DNA from: a virus
DNA: 64,000 nt
Strand: one strand, 5' to 3'
Virus record (IMG/VR): IMGVR_UViG_3300035034_000924
Span: 21,399-85,398 of that record
In this document: positions 53,982 through 63,264 of the stretch, one piece after another
Position numbering within the stretch: position 1 is the stretch's first letter
How the letters are laid out: every line of letters starts with the position of its first letter
Program-made: the position numbers and the translations under genes
The notes under the pieces: generated by a model
The model's input: only the letters and a program-made list of their open reading frames with translations
Told to the model about the DNA's origin: nothing
The model's database searches: none

Positions 53982-54356
53982 ATGGCTGCAAAAAAGAAAA
54001 CCGCAAGACCGTCTAACTTGCTTGACCCGAGGATCGCCAAGCTGGCATCTAAGATAGTCAAGGAAAGCGCAGATACATTCGTGGTAACTTTCGAGATACC
54101 ACAGACAAAGATCGGTCACAAGGAGGAGGAGCTGGTAGTGACATTCACCCGACGCTTGCATAATTGGAAGCCGACGCTAGACGTGGATGTCAATGGCATT
54201 GCATTCCAGCGAAACTGTACCATCGAAGACCCTGCCGAACTTGAAGCCACGATTGAACTGTGGATGGCTTTGAACGACGTAGCGTTCGAGATGCTCGATG
54301 CTGAACACGATGCCAAGCGAGAGAAGAATCTGGAACTCTTGGGACGGTTGTTGTAA
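53982..54356 (+). CDS. Hypothetical protein
   Basis: AAGGAG RBS before ATG 53982. Confidence 0.6.
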   Translation: MAAKKKTARPSNLLDPRIAKLASKIVKESADTFVVTFEIPQTKIGHKEEELVVTFTRRLHNWKPTLDVDVNGIAFQRNCTIEDPAELEATIELWMALNDVAFEMLDAEHDAKREKNLELLGRLL

Positions 54357-54402
54357 TCGACACGGGCGGCACCACTGTCGCCCATTCTTTTGAGGATGAG
54401 AA

Positions 54403-55266
54403 ATGTCTGACTTTTATAACGAGATAATGGCTGAGCTAGGTAACCCAGATGGCAAGCTACCCCAGAACCTGTTAGCACAAGTACAAGAAAAAATGCGACT
54501 GCTATTCGGTCAGCCGGAGATTAGTGCCAGCATCTTCCCTTACCCATGCGTTATACCGGAATACCGAGAATTCACCAAAGGTCCGTGGCAGCTACGCCAC
54601 GTCCCAGACTTCCCACATAAATCCTACTTCAGTGGCCTGATGAGGATGGGTATGGAACCACCAGTGCTAATGAAGAACGGCGCTCCATGGATGGGCGTCA
54701 CTGCCAGAGAATGCGAGAGCCACCTGTTTCATGTATGGGCGGCAGAGGAATCATACAACACGGCAGTCGTGGGCCTAGGCATGGGGTACTATCCGTACCA
54801 GCTAGTGCACAATGGAGTCGGCGGGGAAATCACCGTATTCGAGATAGACCAGAACGTGACAGACCTGTTCTATGAGTCCACCAAAGGGAATGCTCGATGG
54901 GACGAGGTGCATGAGTGTCTCAAGGTAGAGCACCACAACCTGCTAACTACGCCATACACGAAGGCGCAGTACGACCACTGCTATGTAGATATCTGGGAGA
55001 CACTCGCAGAGACATCGGCGGAAGAGGACACTGCAAACGTTTGCAAGAACCTTGCTGCCGGGACATATTCGTTTTGGACTCAGGAGGTCTGCTACATCAG
55101 CTGGTTAGCCGATCACAATAAGGACATGGAGCCACACACACTGGAGGAATACTTCGCTACCATACTGCCCAGCAGGCCCAGTGCATTCGGTTTGCCTCAC
55201 GACATGGAAGTGGACGATTACATCGCCTTATGCAAGGAAGCCGCTGTCCGGGCTTTCCTAGATTAA
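54403..55266 (+). CDS. SAM-dependent methyltransferase / spermidine-synthase-like fold protein
   Basis: WM...E, VVGLGMGY, TVFEID, YD-x-x-x-VDIW Rossmann motifs. Confidence 0.7.
   Translation: MSDFYNEIMAELGNPDGKLPQNLLAQVQEKMRLLFGQPEISASIFPYPCVIPEYREFTKGPWQLRHVPDFPHKSYFSGLMRMGMEPPVLMKNGAPWMGVTARECESHLFHVWAAEESYNTAVVGLGMGYYPYQLVHNGVGGEITVFEIDQNVTDLFYESTKGNARWDEVHECLKVEHHNLLTTPYTKAQYDHCYVDIWETLAETSAEEDTANVCKNLAAGTYSFWTQEVCYISWLADHNKDMEPHTLEEYFATILPSRPSAFGLPHDMEVDDYIALCKEAAVRAFLD
55032..55045. repeat. Dispersed palindrome, perfect copy
   Basis: TGCAAACGTTTGCA, in CDS (ANVC). Confidence 0.9.
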
Positions 55267-55319
55267 CCTGAGCGGGTACAGTACCTACTCAACACGTATT
55301 CCTTACAAGGAGCAACTGC

Positions 55320-56036
55320 ATGAACCCGAAAATATTCAGCCACATCTTCGTGGTAATGGAAGACCCAGAAAAAGGCGAAGAGGGTTTGGTATCTGTAGCC
55401 CAAAGGCGGGCAGGCAATAGCCACGATGGGGATGTAACCGTGATGTCGGACGCACTCGGAGTAACCCACGATCTGGTAGAGCACGTCAATGGCCTATCCC
55501 AGATTGGCACAGTGCATGACGAGCTGGAGGCGCTTGGCGCTATCTGGGTAACGAGAGGTGTGCATGCCGATTTAAGACGGGACGGCATAGGTAGGACGCA
55601 ATCACCGGAGAATTACCTGTCTTCCGACGTCTCAAGAATGTATAGGTACTGGCTCGATGAGTACTTCGAGTTTGAAGACCAGCCTGAGTCAGACCACGAC
55701 GAGTCTTTCGAAGAGGTGCTAAGGCTGGCTAGGACAGACATTCTCTACTACATTGAGGATGGCGGGGACGAAGCAGACACTGAGTCCATAGATGAGTACC
55801 TAGCGCACTGCTTGAATGGCATGCGACTCGGGGCCGCTAAGCAGGAAGAGAGATTCCCTGACCAATTCGATGCGAACAACTTCTTCTGGGAAGTTGTCGA
55901 GGAAATCACAGGGATATTCCAGTGCGACTACTACAGCCAAGGCATAGAGTATGTCATAGAATCGGACGGCGAACGGGTAAGCTGGTACAATAAGACCCTG
56001 CAAGACGAGTACGAATATTATGATGAGGAAGAATAG
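55320..56036 (+). CDS. Highly acidic hypothetical protein
   Basis: 238 aa, Asp/Glu-rich; AAGGAG RBS. Confidence 0.65.
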   Translation: MNPKIFSHIFVVMEDPEKGEEGLVSVAQRRAGNSHDGDVTVMSDALGVTHDLVEHVNGLSQIGTVHDELEALGAIWVTRGVHADLRRDGIGRTQSPENYLSSDVSRMYRYWLDEYFEFEDQPESDHDESFEEVLRLARTDILYYIEDGGDEADTESIDEYLAHCLNGMRLGAAKQEERFPDQFDANNFFWEVVEEITGIFQCDYYSQGIEYVIESDGERVSWYNKTLQDEYEYYDEEE

Positions 56037-56554
56037 TGAGAGTAACGCAACGGTTCAAATGTGTGGTCTGCTTCAAGGAAACCATATACAACGTGGAGTC
56101 TAAAGAAGGCAGCAACGCTGTCCCTACAGGCTTCGCCCTCCATGGGGGCAGGCATAAGGTCTGCTACAATTGCGATGCCGGGATGCTGGCTAGTTCTATG
56201 GCGGCAACAGGCAAGGCCAATATGGTTCTAGATTTAGACCCTGATTTTGGATGGCTGGTAGTCTCTGTAGCAGGTACGCTACGTTTCCACACCTACGGGC
56301 AGAGCCCAGAAGATCAGATGCTGATAGAGACTGTAGGCGCTGATAAATATTCCCAGATCCGAAGGCTATCTTTTCGCGGGCCGGACAACGCACTCTGGCA
56401 GGCATATGGCCACCACGATATACAAGGATTCAACACCAAGCTACACTGCCAAAGGGTTGTGCCTTACGTAAAGTTACCGCAGGATAGGAATCCACATGCG
56501 TTAGCAAGCGAGTTTGTGATGTTTAAACCTTTCACGGAGTATGAGTATGGATGA
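56036..56554 (+). CDS. Hypothetical protein with CxxC...CxxC
   Basis: 172 aa; CVVC and CYNC. Confidence 0.55.
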   Translation: MRVTQRFKCVVCFKETIYNVESKEGSNAVPTGFALHGGRHKVCYNCDAGMLASSMAATGKANMVLDLDPDFGWLVVSVAGTLRFHTYGQSPEDQMLIETVGADKYSQIRRLSFRGPDNALWQAYGHHDIQGFNTKLHCQRVVPYVKLPQDRNPHALASEFVMFKPFTEYEYG

Positions 56555-56888
56555 TGCGCTGGCCAGAGTAGTCTGGTTAATTGTTTTTATAATATTGTTC
56601 GGCTTCCTATGGTCAGCTGGGCGGGCGATGAACCAAACAGACGAAGGAGTACCTGACCTTGACTATCTTAACGACAGACGACAACTACCCTTGTGTATTC
56701 GATCACCCTTTGTGGAGATGGAATCTGGCCAAACAGAACCAGACCTACGGTATTGTGAACTCGTCCGCCAAGATAATGAAGCCAGACAGGCAGAGCGGAA
56801 AGCTGGTATGTACAGGGCGGCAGGAGTTTGTGATACCGACCGAGTACATCTTTTACCTGTGCAATACGAGAGATATTGCGCAGATTGA
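56541..56888 (+). CDS. Hypothetical membrane-anchored protein
   Basis: N-terminal TM helix; GGAG RBS. Confidence 0.4.
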   Translation: MSMDDALARVVWLIVFIILFGFLWSAGRAMNQTDEGVPDLDYLNDRRQLPLCIRSPFVEMESGQTEPDLRYCELVRQDNEARQAERKAGMYRAAGVCDTDRVHLLPVQYERYCAD

Positions 56889-57036
56889 ATCAGTCGAGGT
56901 GGTGCTATTAGGTACAGGTAGGAGGCTGTACCTCGGCCACCAGCTGACAGTAGCAGGAAATGTACGTGAAATTGATTGGCTGTTTTATTGGCCAGCGGGT
57001 AAAGTACCCGAACACCTAAAAAGTTATCTCAGATAA
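56659..57036 (+). CDS. Hypothetical protein overlapping the previous ORF
   Basis: AAGGAG 9 nt before TTG 56659; fills the gap to the next gene. Confidence 0.4.
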   Translation: MTILTTDDNYPCVFDHPLWRWNLAKQNQTYGIVNSSAKIMKPDRQSGKLVCTGRQEFVIPTEYIFYLCNTRDIAQIESVEVVLLGTGRRLYLGHQLTVAGNVREIDWLFYWPAGKVPEHLKSYLR

Positions 57037-57047
57037 GGAGAACTGCA

Positions 57048-57377
57048 ATGAAAGCAAGAGTATTCACCAAAGAACGTCCCTGCAATAAAGTAGACATCTG
57101 GAACTGCTTCCGTAGCGGGCGACGGTTTACATCTGTCCCCGTCCTCGAAGCCAAGCAGTGCATCGGGGAGCACGTACCGAACCACCTTGTCCGTGCAGGG
57201 CGGGCGGAGATTGTCGAGTCCAGAGGGGCGGACGTTATCCGACTTACTCCTGAGGGCGCTGAGTTTCTCAAGGAAGGCACTGAGCGGTACATTCGGAACC
57301 AGATCAAAGCGGGCAACGTAGAGATTCTGGACGAAGTATCAAACCCATTATCCAGCTGGAAAAAGCTGGCCAACTAA
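57048..57377 (+). CDS. Hypothetical protein, winged-helix-like
   Basis: LVRAGRAE...IRLTPEG wing motif; AAGGAG RBS. Confidence 0.6.
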   Translation: MKARVFTKERPCNKVDIWNCFRSGRRFTSVPVLEAKQCIGEHVPNHLVRAGRAEIVESRGADVIRLTPEGAEFLKEGTERYIRNQIKAGNVEILDEVSNPLSSWKKLAN

Positions 57378-57467
57378 ACCTTTGCGACATCCGGCAGCTT
57401 CCTGCTTTCTCCCTATACACTCGGAAAGGGTAGGAAACTGTCGTTTGTGTCGTAAATAAGGACATTT

Positions 57468-57812
57468 ATGCGAGTAATGACAGAAGACGAATTGGCTGAC
57501 ATTTTGGCGGCTAGACCACAGGACCTAGTTGCTGCCCTCGGGGGCGTGAGCCTACGGGACACGATCAAGGTAGTACTGGCTTTGCAATTGTTTGCAAAAG
57601 CGTCGGAGAACCTCGATCTGGAGACGGAAGCGGCTGAGTTTTTGGAGGCATGCCGAGAGGCAGACAAGAGCAAGATGCTGAGCCTACCAGACGAAATGGA
57701 CAGGCAGAATTGCGAGGTGGCACTGTACGTCGTAAACCAGAACATAGAGTTTCTGGGGATGTCGCCTAAGGAAATCAAACAGAAATGGAAGGGGGGCGGG
57801 GATGGCTACTAG
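57468..57812 (+). CDS. Hypothetical protein
   Basis: 114 aa, AAGGA RBS. Confidence 0.55.
   Translation: MRVMTEDELADILAARPQDLVAALGGVSLRDTIKVVLALQLFAKASENLDLETEAAEFLEACREADKSKMLSLPDEMDRQNCEVALYVVNQNIEFLGMSPKEIKQKWKGGGDGY
57583..57596. repeat. Dispersed palindrome, 2 mismatches
   Basis: TGCAATTGTTTGCA, in CDS (LQLFA). Confidence 0.65.
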
Positions 57813-58017
57813 AGCGGAACTATCGAGACTGAAGAGGCTGGAGGACAAGTTGTACGCCATGGATGCGTTGGAGTCTTCCCTACAGTACTTCAAGCAAGTG
57901 ATAGACACAGAGAACGTATCGAAGCTGTGCGAGCAGGTCCAAGAGCCTCTACTGCGGGAGCGATCCGAGATAAATAATGCGTATCTGGACTTGTATGATG
58001 ATATCCATAGTGGGTAA
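57802..58017 (+). CDS. Hypothetical protein
   Basis: 71 aa, overlapping start. Confidence 0.45.
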   Translation: MATRAELSRLKRLEDKLYAMDALESSLQYFKQVIDTENVSKLCEQVQEPLLRERSEINNAYLDLYDDIHSG

Positions 58018-58054
58018 AGTACGGTAGAATAACCACAAATAACTAAAGGAAATC

Positions 58055-58330
58055 ATGGTGGCAGACAAAAAGATTGTGACGTTTTTCTCAGTGCGGCTTC
58101 ACACAGAGGACGCGCCGGAGACAAGATCTAACGAAACTGTCTTCAGCGCCAGAGGCACTAACCTGCAGGCCATGTCCAATACATTGGTTGCTGCAGCAGG
58201 TAACGCGGGGTTCGACACTGAATCCCTGAAAGAAGCGGGGTACGAGGACTCTTTGGCTAAGCTGATAGAACACGTCGGTTCAACCAAGGGAGAAAAAGTT
58301 TGGTTGGTGCTAGGAATACTCGAAGGATGA
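58055..58330 (+). CDS. Hypothetical protein
   Basis: 91 aa, AAGGA RBS. Confidence 0.55.
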   Translation: MVADKKIVTFFSVRLHTEDAPETRSNETVFSARGTNLQAMSNTLVAAAGNAGFDTESLKEAGYEDSLAKLIEHVGSTKGEKVWLVLGILEG

Positions 58331-58333
58331 GTC

Positions 58334-58642
58334 ATGCACAAGTGCAACTGGCCGACTTGCGCCAAGCAAGTATGCGACTCCGTATGGGGCTGCAAAGAAC
58401 ACTTCTTTACCCTACCTAGCAAGTTTAGGGAGCCGATCCTGCGGGCACTGTCTCGCGGGCGGCACTCCCCCTCCACTGTACATATCGACAAGACAGATCC
58501 ATTCGCCCAAGCAGAGCACTGGGCGTATACCTATATCCTCAGCGAATCTGGCCTAGAAGAGCGGGAGACCGCTTTGATGTCCGCTAGACTGCAGCAGAGC
58601 AGGGTACATAGGGCACTGGACGTAATAAGAGAACCGTTGTAA
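58334..58642 (+). CDS. Hypothetical Zn-finger protein
   Basis: H-x-C-x4-C...C-x2-H...LP motif. Confidence 0.55.
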   Translation: MHKCNWPTCAKQVCDSVWGCKEHFFTLPSKFREPILRALSRGRHSPSTVHIDKTDPFAQAEHWAYTYILSESGLEERETALMSARLQQSRVHRALDVIREPL

Positions 58643-58685
58643 AGTGGGCCTTTAACATACCGAACCACCCCAAGGAGATATACCC

Positions 58686-59030
58686 GTGAACCAAAGCATT
58701 AAAAAACCCCAGCTAACTGTACGACGTGGCATGTACTTCCTACCGAATGACGACACGCCATATGGATCACGAGCACTGGCATACGTGGCAGCAGGACGCA
58801 TGCCTTCTGGTATGCCAATTGTGCCAGCAGAACGCAGAGCCGAAGGTGACTTTGCCGAGGCAGTACCCGAAGCAACCCCGGAACCTGAACTGGGCCTAGA
58901 GGAAGATGGCGGAGACGAACCCAACGGCGTAACAGTCGTTGCTGACAGTTTCGGGGATAGCGATCCCTTCAAAAGTGCGGGAGACGGAGCAGGCAGCATT
59001 GGCTTAGATTCTGCCCCATTAGGCGACTAG
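58686..59030 (+). CDS. Hypothetical protein with acidic tail
   Basis: AAGGAG RBS; followed by terminator. Confidence 0.5.
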   Translation: MNQSIKKPQLTVRRGMYFLPNDDTPYGSRALAYVAAGRMPSGMPIVPAERRAEGDFAEAVPEATPEPELGLEEDGGDEPNGVTVVADSFGDSDPFKSAGDGAGSIGLDSAPLGD

Positions 59031-59070
59031 GCGACAGCCCAAGTTAACCTAGTTCCTAGTGCGCTCCATT

Positions 59071-59099
59071 GAGCCCTGCAAATGTGGGGCTTTTTTTTT
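59071..59099 (+). terminator. Intrinsic terminator
   Basis: AGCCCTGCA-aa-TGTGGGGCT followed by a T run. Confidence 0.7.
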
Positions 59100-59264
59100 G
59101 CCTGCAGAAAACTACACGGTTGGTGTAAAGTTTATAAAGGTAGTATAATGGCCCCATGGATAACCCCTACACAATGCTGCATTGGCAAGTAACGCACGAA
59201 ATCTCTGCACTAGAGGAGAAGCTGCGTAAGTTGCGGGCACAAGAAAAAGAGCTGGAGGAGCTAC

Positions 59265-59651
59265 GTGAGCAATACAGGGAACAAAATAACGTTTCAGGCA
59301 CTGACCATAACATGCGATATTGAAAGGGATATAAGAGAAAGAAATATTACCCTGCACTTGGGTCTGCGCTGCGGGATCGAAGACCGCAACGGTATACTAG
59401 GTCCGTCAGAGCTGCCGGTAGACCAAGAACGCAGTAAACTCCTGCTAGGGGAGCTTCTGTATAGCGGGAGGCCAATTAAAATTACTCTGGAAAAGATAGA
59501 GGCAGAGCCAGAAAATAACCAGACAGGCATACACGCACTGGATAACGAAAAGTCACTCGTCGAACAAGTCAAACTGCTACAGCAGCAGGTAGCTGAGCTT
59601 CAACGCAATAGCAAAAGGCCACGCCAACTAGTGAAGCCTACCAAGCTATGA
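59265..59651 (+). CDS. Hypothetical protein
   Basis: GGAGG RBS; C-terminal coiled coil. Confidence 0.5.
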   Translation: MSNTGNKITFQALTITCDIERDIRERNITLHLGLRCGIEDRNGILGPSELPVDQERSKLLLGELLYSGRPIKITLEKIEAEPENNQTGIHALDNEKSLVEQVKLLQQQVAELQRNSKRPRQLVKPTKL

Positions 59652-60163
59652 CAGTGTCTAGATTACACATCGGGCTAGCGTACGTGGTCTTTGCCGCCTT
59701 TCTGATATATGTCGCCTACTTCGTAGATTTTGTGGACGCATACATGGACAGAGGGAATTTCGTTTGGATGGTGTCTATGGTTTTGTGTTTCGCATCAGCT
59801 GCAGCAATTTTACAAGAAAAGGAACGCAAACTTACTGCAAAAAGGCAACGTGAGGCCATTGCGCAAACCCAAAGACAAAGCGAGGCACAAAGGTTGCATG
59901 AGGCATTTAGGTCTATGAGCCAAGTGCCTCAGCCAGCTCCAGCAGCTGCCGCCTTACGAAATTTGGACATGGGGCTACGCAACCGCCATGTATATTCGAC
60001 TGAAGAGCTGGAAGATAGAGGGCTATGCGTGCATAGAAGTAACTTAGATGACGAGAATAGTGGTTGTTTGACATTCAGGATTGACGGGAACGGAAAGCCT
60101 GACACCCTAGTCAGTCCTACAGGCAAGCGGGTAGTTAAGACACCTGACAGGCGTTTGCAATAG
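59648..60163 (+). CDS. Hypothetical two-TM membrane protein
   Basis: Two hydrophobic helices then coiled coil; ATGA overlap. Confidence 0.55.
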   Translation: MTVSRLHIGLAYVVFAAFLIYVAYFVDFVDAYMDRGNFVWMVSMVLCFASAAAILQEKERKLTAKRQREAIAQTQRQSEAQRLHEAFRSMSQVPQPAPAAAALRNLDMGLRNRHVYSTEELEDRGLCVHRSNLDDENSGCLTFRIDGNGKPDTLVSPTGKRVVKTPDRRLQ

Positions 60164-60182
60164 AAGCGTGAAGGTTTACTAT
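60155..60182 (+). promoter_or_regulatory. Sigma70-like early promoter
   Basis: TTGCAA-N16-TACTAT followed by CACACAAGGGA leader. Confidence 0.55.
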
Positions 60183-60211
60183 TAACGGGTTACTCACACA
60201 AGGGAACTATC

Positions 60212-60463
60212 ATGAACGATACACTGGTGAACTTCGCCAAGCTAGCGATAGCAGCACCCCGAAGCAAGAAAGCAAAACGCTTTGAGGTAGTGTTAACCAA
60301 TTACATCCGCCCCAACAAGATCTTGGGTGAGCGACACGACCTGACATCCGCACTTAACCTAGTTGATACCGAAACCAAACGACTCAGTGCAGAAGGTAAA
60401 ACAGGTCACGGCAGCCTTGTGTATGCGAGAGACAGACTAACCGGACGCTACCATGGTGCTTGA
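60212..60463 (+). CDS. Hypothetical protein
   Basis: 83 aa downstream of promoter and RBS. Confidence 0.55.
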   Translation: MNDTLVNFAKLAIAAPRSKKAKRFEVVLTNYIRPNKILGERHDLTSALNLVDTETKRLSAEGKTGHGSLVYARDRLTGRYHGA

Positions 60464-60684
60464 GGATATCGAGCTGGCAAGACACAACGGAGAAGATCTA
60501 TGAATAAGATAAAAGTGAGGAAAGGGCACGGCGACCTTGTACGGCGCACTGCACAGCACGTACCCAAGAAGCAACGTGCATTGTCTCGGAAGGTAAAGCA
60601 CAAGAAGGGCTGGGCGTAGCTTGCGCCCGAGGCACTGCATAGACATGATGGCCTAAGTCAACCAACCCATACAAGGGAGGAACC

Positions 60685-60966
60685 GTGAACTATATCAAGC
60701 AACTCCAAACCAACGTGTTAGTCGAGCAGAGCGGGGTAGCCGCATACGAAGCTGGGCTACAGGAAATCCGCAAGTACTTGTCCAGTGACAAATTCGCCTA
60801 CGACACCACCGTACAAGTGTCGGACGTACTCCGTATGTTGGAGGACACGAAGCGGGGTGTGCGGGACGCCATGGAAATGACAGAGATACAGCTGTCTGAT
60901 GCCTTCGAGCACGAAGAGCAGGAACGGCTACGTGCCAAAAAGGCCAAGATAGATAGCAGCTACTAA
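60685..60966 (+). CDS. Hypothetical protein
   Basis: MNYIKQLQ...YLSSDKF...V-x-DVL motif; GGAGG RBS. Confidence 0.6.
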   Translation: MNYIKQLQTNVLVEQSGVAAYEAGLQEIRKYLSSDKFAYDTTVQVSDVLRMLEDTKRGVRDAMEMTEIQLSDAFEHEEQERLRAKKAKIDSSY

Positions 60967-60978
60967 ACTGTTAAGATA

Positions 60979-60992
60979 TGCAAACGTTTGCA
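60979..60992. repeat. Dispersed palindrome, perfect copy
   Basis: TGCAAACGTTTGCA, intergenic. Confidence 0.9.
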
Positions 60993-61005
60993 AAGAGGCA
61001 GCCGC

Positions 61006-61269
61006 ATGACTGATGACACGGATAAGAAAGCCGTTACCCTGAACATATTCGATCCTAAGTTCATGGAGAACGTGGACGAAAGAAAACCCAGCATTCTGTT
61101 TGGCGGGCCAGACACCATGGTCCCGATAAAGCACCTGACAGTCATGCCGAAGGATGACAGACAGATTGCCGTCCCTGTTAGGTTAGCTAATGAAAAGGTG
61201 TTCTTGATATACCGCAGGCTTCTGCCCGGATACTATTCCTATCGAATGACAGTAAAGGAGATTGTCTGA
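61006..61269 (+). CDS. Hypothetical protein
   Basis: GAGG RBS before ATG 61006. Confidence 0.5.
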   Translation: MTDDTDKKAVTLNIFDPKFMENVDERKPSILFGGPDTMVPIKHLTVMPKDDRQIAVPVRLANEKVFLIYRRLLPGYYSYRMTVKEIV

Positions 61270-61457
61270 TGCAGGAACCACCATTCAAGGACAAGACTAC
61301 CCGAGACCTATGGCAGATGGGTGGCGAAGGCAGGGGCGAGAACAAAGAGCCCAAAGCAACTGCAGCCATGGAACGGCATGCAGCTAAGATGCGGGGTATA
61401 ACCGTCGCTGAGTACAGAAAACTAAAACGAGGTGCAATCAATGGATATAGATCCTAG
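61269..61457 (+). CDS. Hypothetical protein
   Basis: AAGGAG RBS; TGATG overlap. Confidence 0.5.
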   Translation: MQEPPFKDKTTRDLWQMGGEGRGENKEPKATAAMERHAAKMRGITVAEYRKLKRGAINGYRS

Positions 61458-61617
61458 AGTATCAATACTGTTCATCGTTATCGTATGGGCAATCAGCGTG
61501 GCCGTGCTTGAGTGGATACTACGGCGGGTTGAGCCCCCACTAAAGAACCCTGCAATAATCGCAGCGTTCACCAGTGCTACTATTCTTAGTGTCTCAGTAT
61601 TATGGATGTGGAGCTAG
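61441..61617 (+). CDS. Small two-TM membrane protein
   Basis: GAGG RBS; two hydrophobic helices. Confidence 0.5.
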   Translation: MDIDPRVSILFIVIVWAISVAVLEWILRRVEPPLKNPAIIAAFTSATILSVSVLWMWS

Positions 61618-61808
61618 TTTGACCCACCACCACTGCGCGCATATAGTTAACCCATCCAATACATCAGACAAGATCCTCAAGCACATGCTGGAACAGAACC
61701 AGAAAAGCCTAGGCGTGTATAAAGGTAGCCTAGCTAGGAAGCGCACGACGAATGCAGCGTAGAAAGCTGGCCAGAGAAGATGGCGATCACCAACACAGGA
61801 GAGCTGAC

Positions 61809-62069
61809 ATGCACGAAGTAACCACAGGAAGACTGCCTACGGAAGCAGGACATCGTTCACTCGTTGTCGTACCACGCTGGGCTATCAACTCGTTGTACAT
61901 GGGTGACGAAAGCGGGCTCACCGATGATGAGCAGAAGATGTGTAACGAATTCGAACGAGACTACTGTGTGATCGAAGTCAACGAACCTGTAGATTTTTGC
62001 ACCGAGTACGAACTAGCGTTCGGTCCAGCATGCGAAGGCATCGAGGTACTCGTGGAGCGGGTGGAGTAA
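61809..62069 (+). CDS. Hypothetical acidic protein
   Basis: P-x-WA-x-x-x-L-x-x-GD-x-SGLTDDE motif; AGGAG RBS. Confidence 0.55.
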   Translation: MHEVTTGRLPTEAGHRSLVVVPRWAINSLYMGDESGLTDDEQKMCNEFERDYCVIEVNEPVDFCTEYELAFGPACEGIEVLVERVE

Positions 62070-62072
62070 CCC

Positions 62073-62273
62073 ATGACATACCTACTAGTACTATCGACCA
62101 CACTACTATGTCTAGCACTGGGCTACGTGATGTACCACGACACCAAACTGAATTTGCAAATGCTTGCAGATGAACCATGGTACGTGCGCATATTCTGGGC
62201 AGTACTTCTCTCTTCCCCCGTGTTCGCTATTGCGTACGGCATCGTGTCACTGGTTCGTCTCCTTCAGAGATAA
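62073..62273 (+). CDS. Small two-TM membrane protein
   Basis: GGAG RBS; hydrophobic. Confidence 0.45.
   Translation: MTYLLVLSTTLLCLALGYVMYHDTKLNLQMLADEPWYVRIFWAVLLSSPVFAIAYGIVSLVRLLQR
62155..62168. repeat. Dispersed palindrome, 2 mismatches
   Basis: TGCAAATGCTTGCA, in CDS (LQMLA). Confidence 0.6.
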
Positions 62274-62843
62274 TTCGGCGGGCCAATACCTCCATACCAT
62301 ATATAAGCAAGTGAGTAACTCTGTAAAGCTTATAAAGGTAATACCCCTACCCAGATGTCTATAAGGGCAGCCGTACGCCCCATAGTACGTGCCTTGCGTG
62401 GCTAATGTGGATTTTTCGGCGGGCCAAAGACATAAGAGAACATAATAAGAATACAATGAGAAAGTGTATATAGGTAAAGTCTATAAGGGTGATGTATTGA
62501 TGGATCTTTCTACTGATATGTAAATCTCTCTTCACACATACTGTAACCTGCTTTGTAAAGTCCCCGTTTGCGGCAAAAATATTTCTGACATGCAAATTTT
62601 TTTCTGAGCATTATAAACTTTCGTGCCGTGCCGTGGTTCCTGCGGTGACCTCTGCATTACTGTCTACTGATCGTGGCCCGCGTCGTGTACTGGACTGGCG
62701 TGTATCGTGTTGCGACCATTACTGCATTGTGATCGTGATTGTGGACGTGCTTGCGACCATTACTGCAACATGGATGTATTTGTGCCCGCACTTGCGACCA
62801 TATATCTGCGGGATTACATTATTGTTTTCACAGGAGACAACCT

Positions 62844-63047
62844 ATGGCCGATACGATGGAAGAAACAGGCATCACCAAGGCGCTCGATGCTGCACAGCAC
62901 GAGTTGGAATACGCAACGAAAGATGACGTGCTTACTGCCTACAAAACTATGAAAGCACGTACTGCAGATCTGTCCTTATCTTTTAGCGTTCGGGAAGCTG
63001 CATTTAGAAACCTGCTAATGCTGCGGGGAATGCTGAAGGAATATTAG
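62844..63047 (+). CDS. Hypothetical protein
   Basis: AGGAG RBS before ATG 62844. Confidence 0.5.
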   Translation: MADTMEETGITKALDAAQHELEYATKDDVLTAYKTMKARTADLSLSFSVREAAFRNLLMLRGMLKEY

Positions 63048-63264
63048 GCCCACCCTATTACCCCGGCTGACATCCTGTATAACAGTATCGTGTAACGTGG
63101 GCTGACTGCCCCCCCTTCTTCCCGGCTGGTGTTTACATTAACAGTAACGTGTATCGTGGCGTGGCCTGACGTGGTCCTGCATTGTGGCCCGCAACCTGAC
63201 GTGTCGTGAACGTGGGAAGTGTACTGGCGTGACGTGGCGGGTGATGTGATCGTGGAAAGGTTTC

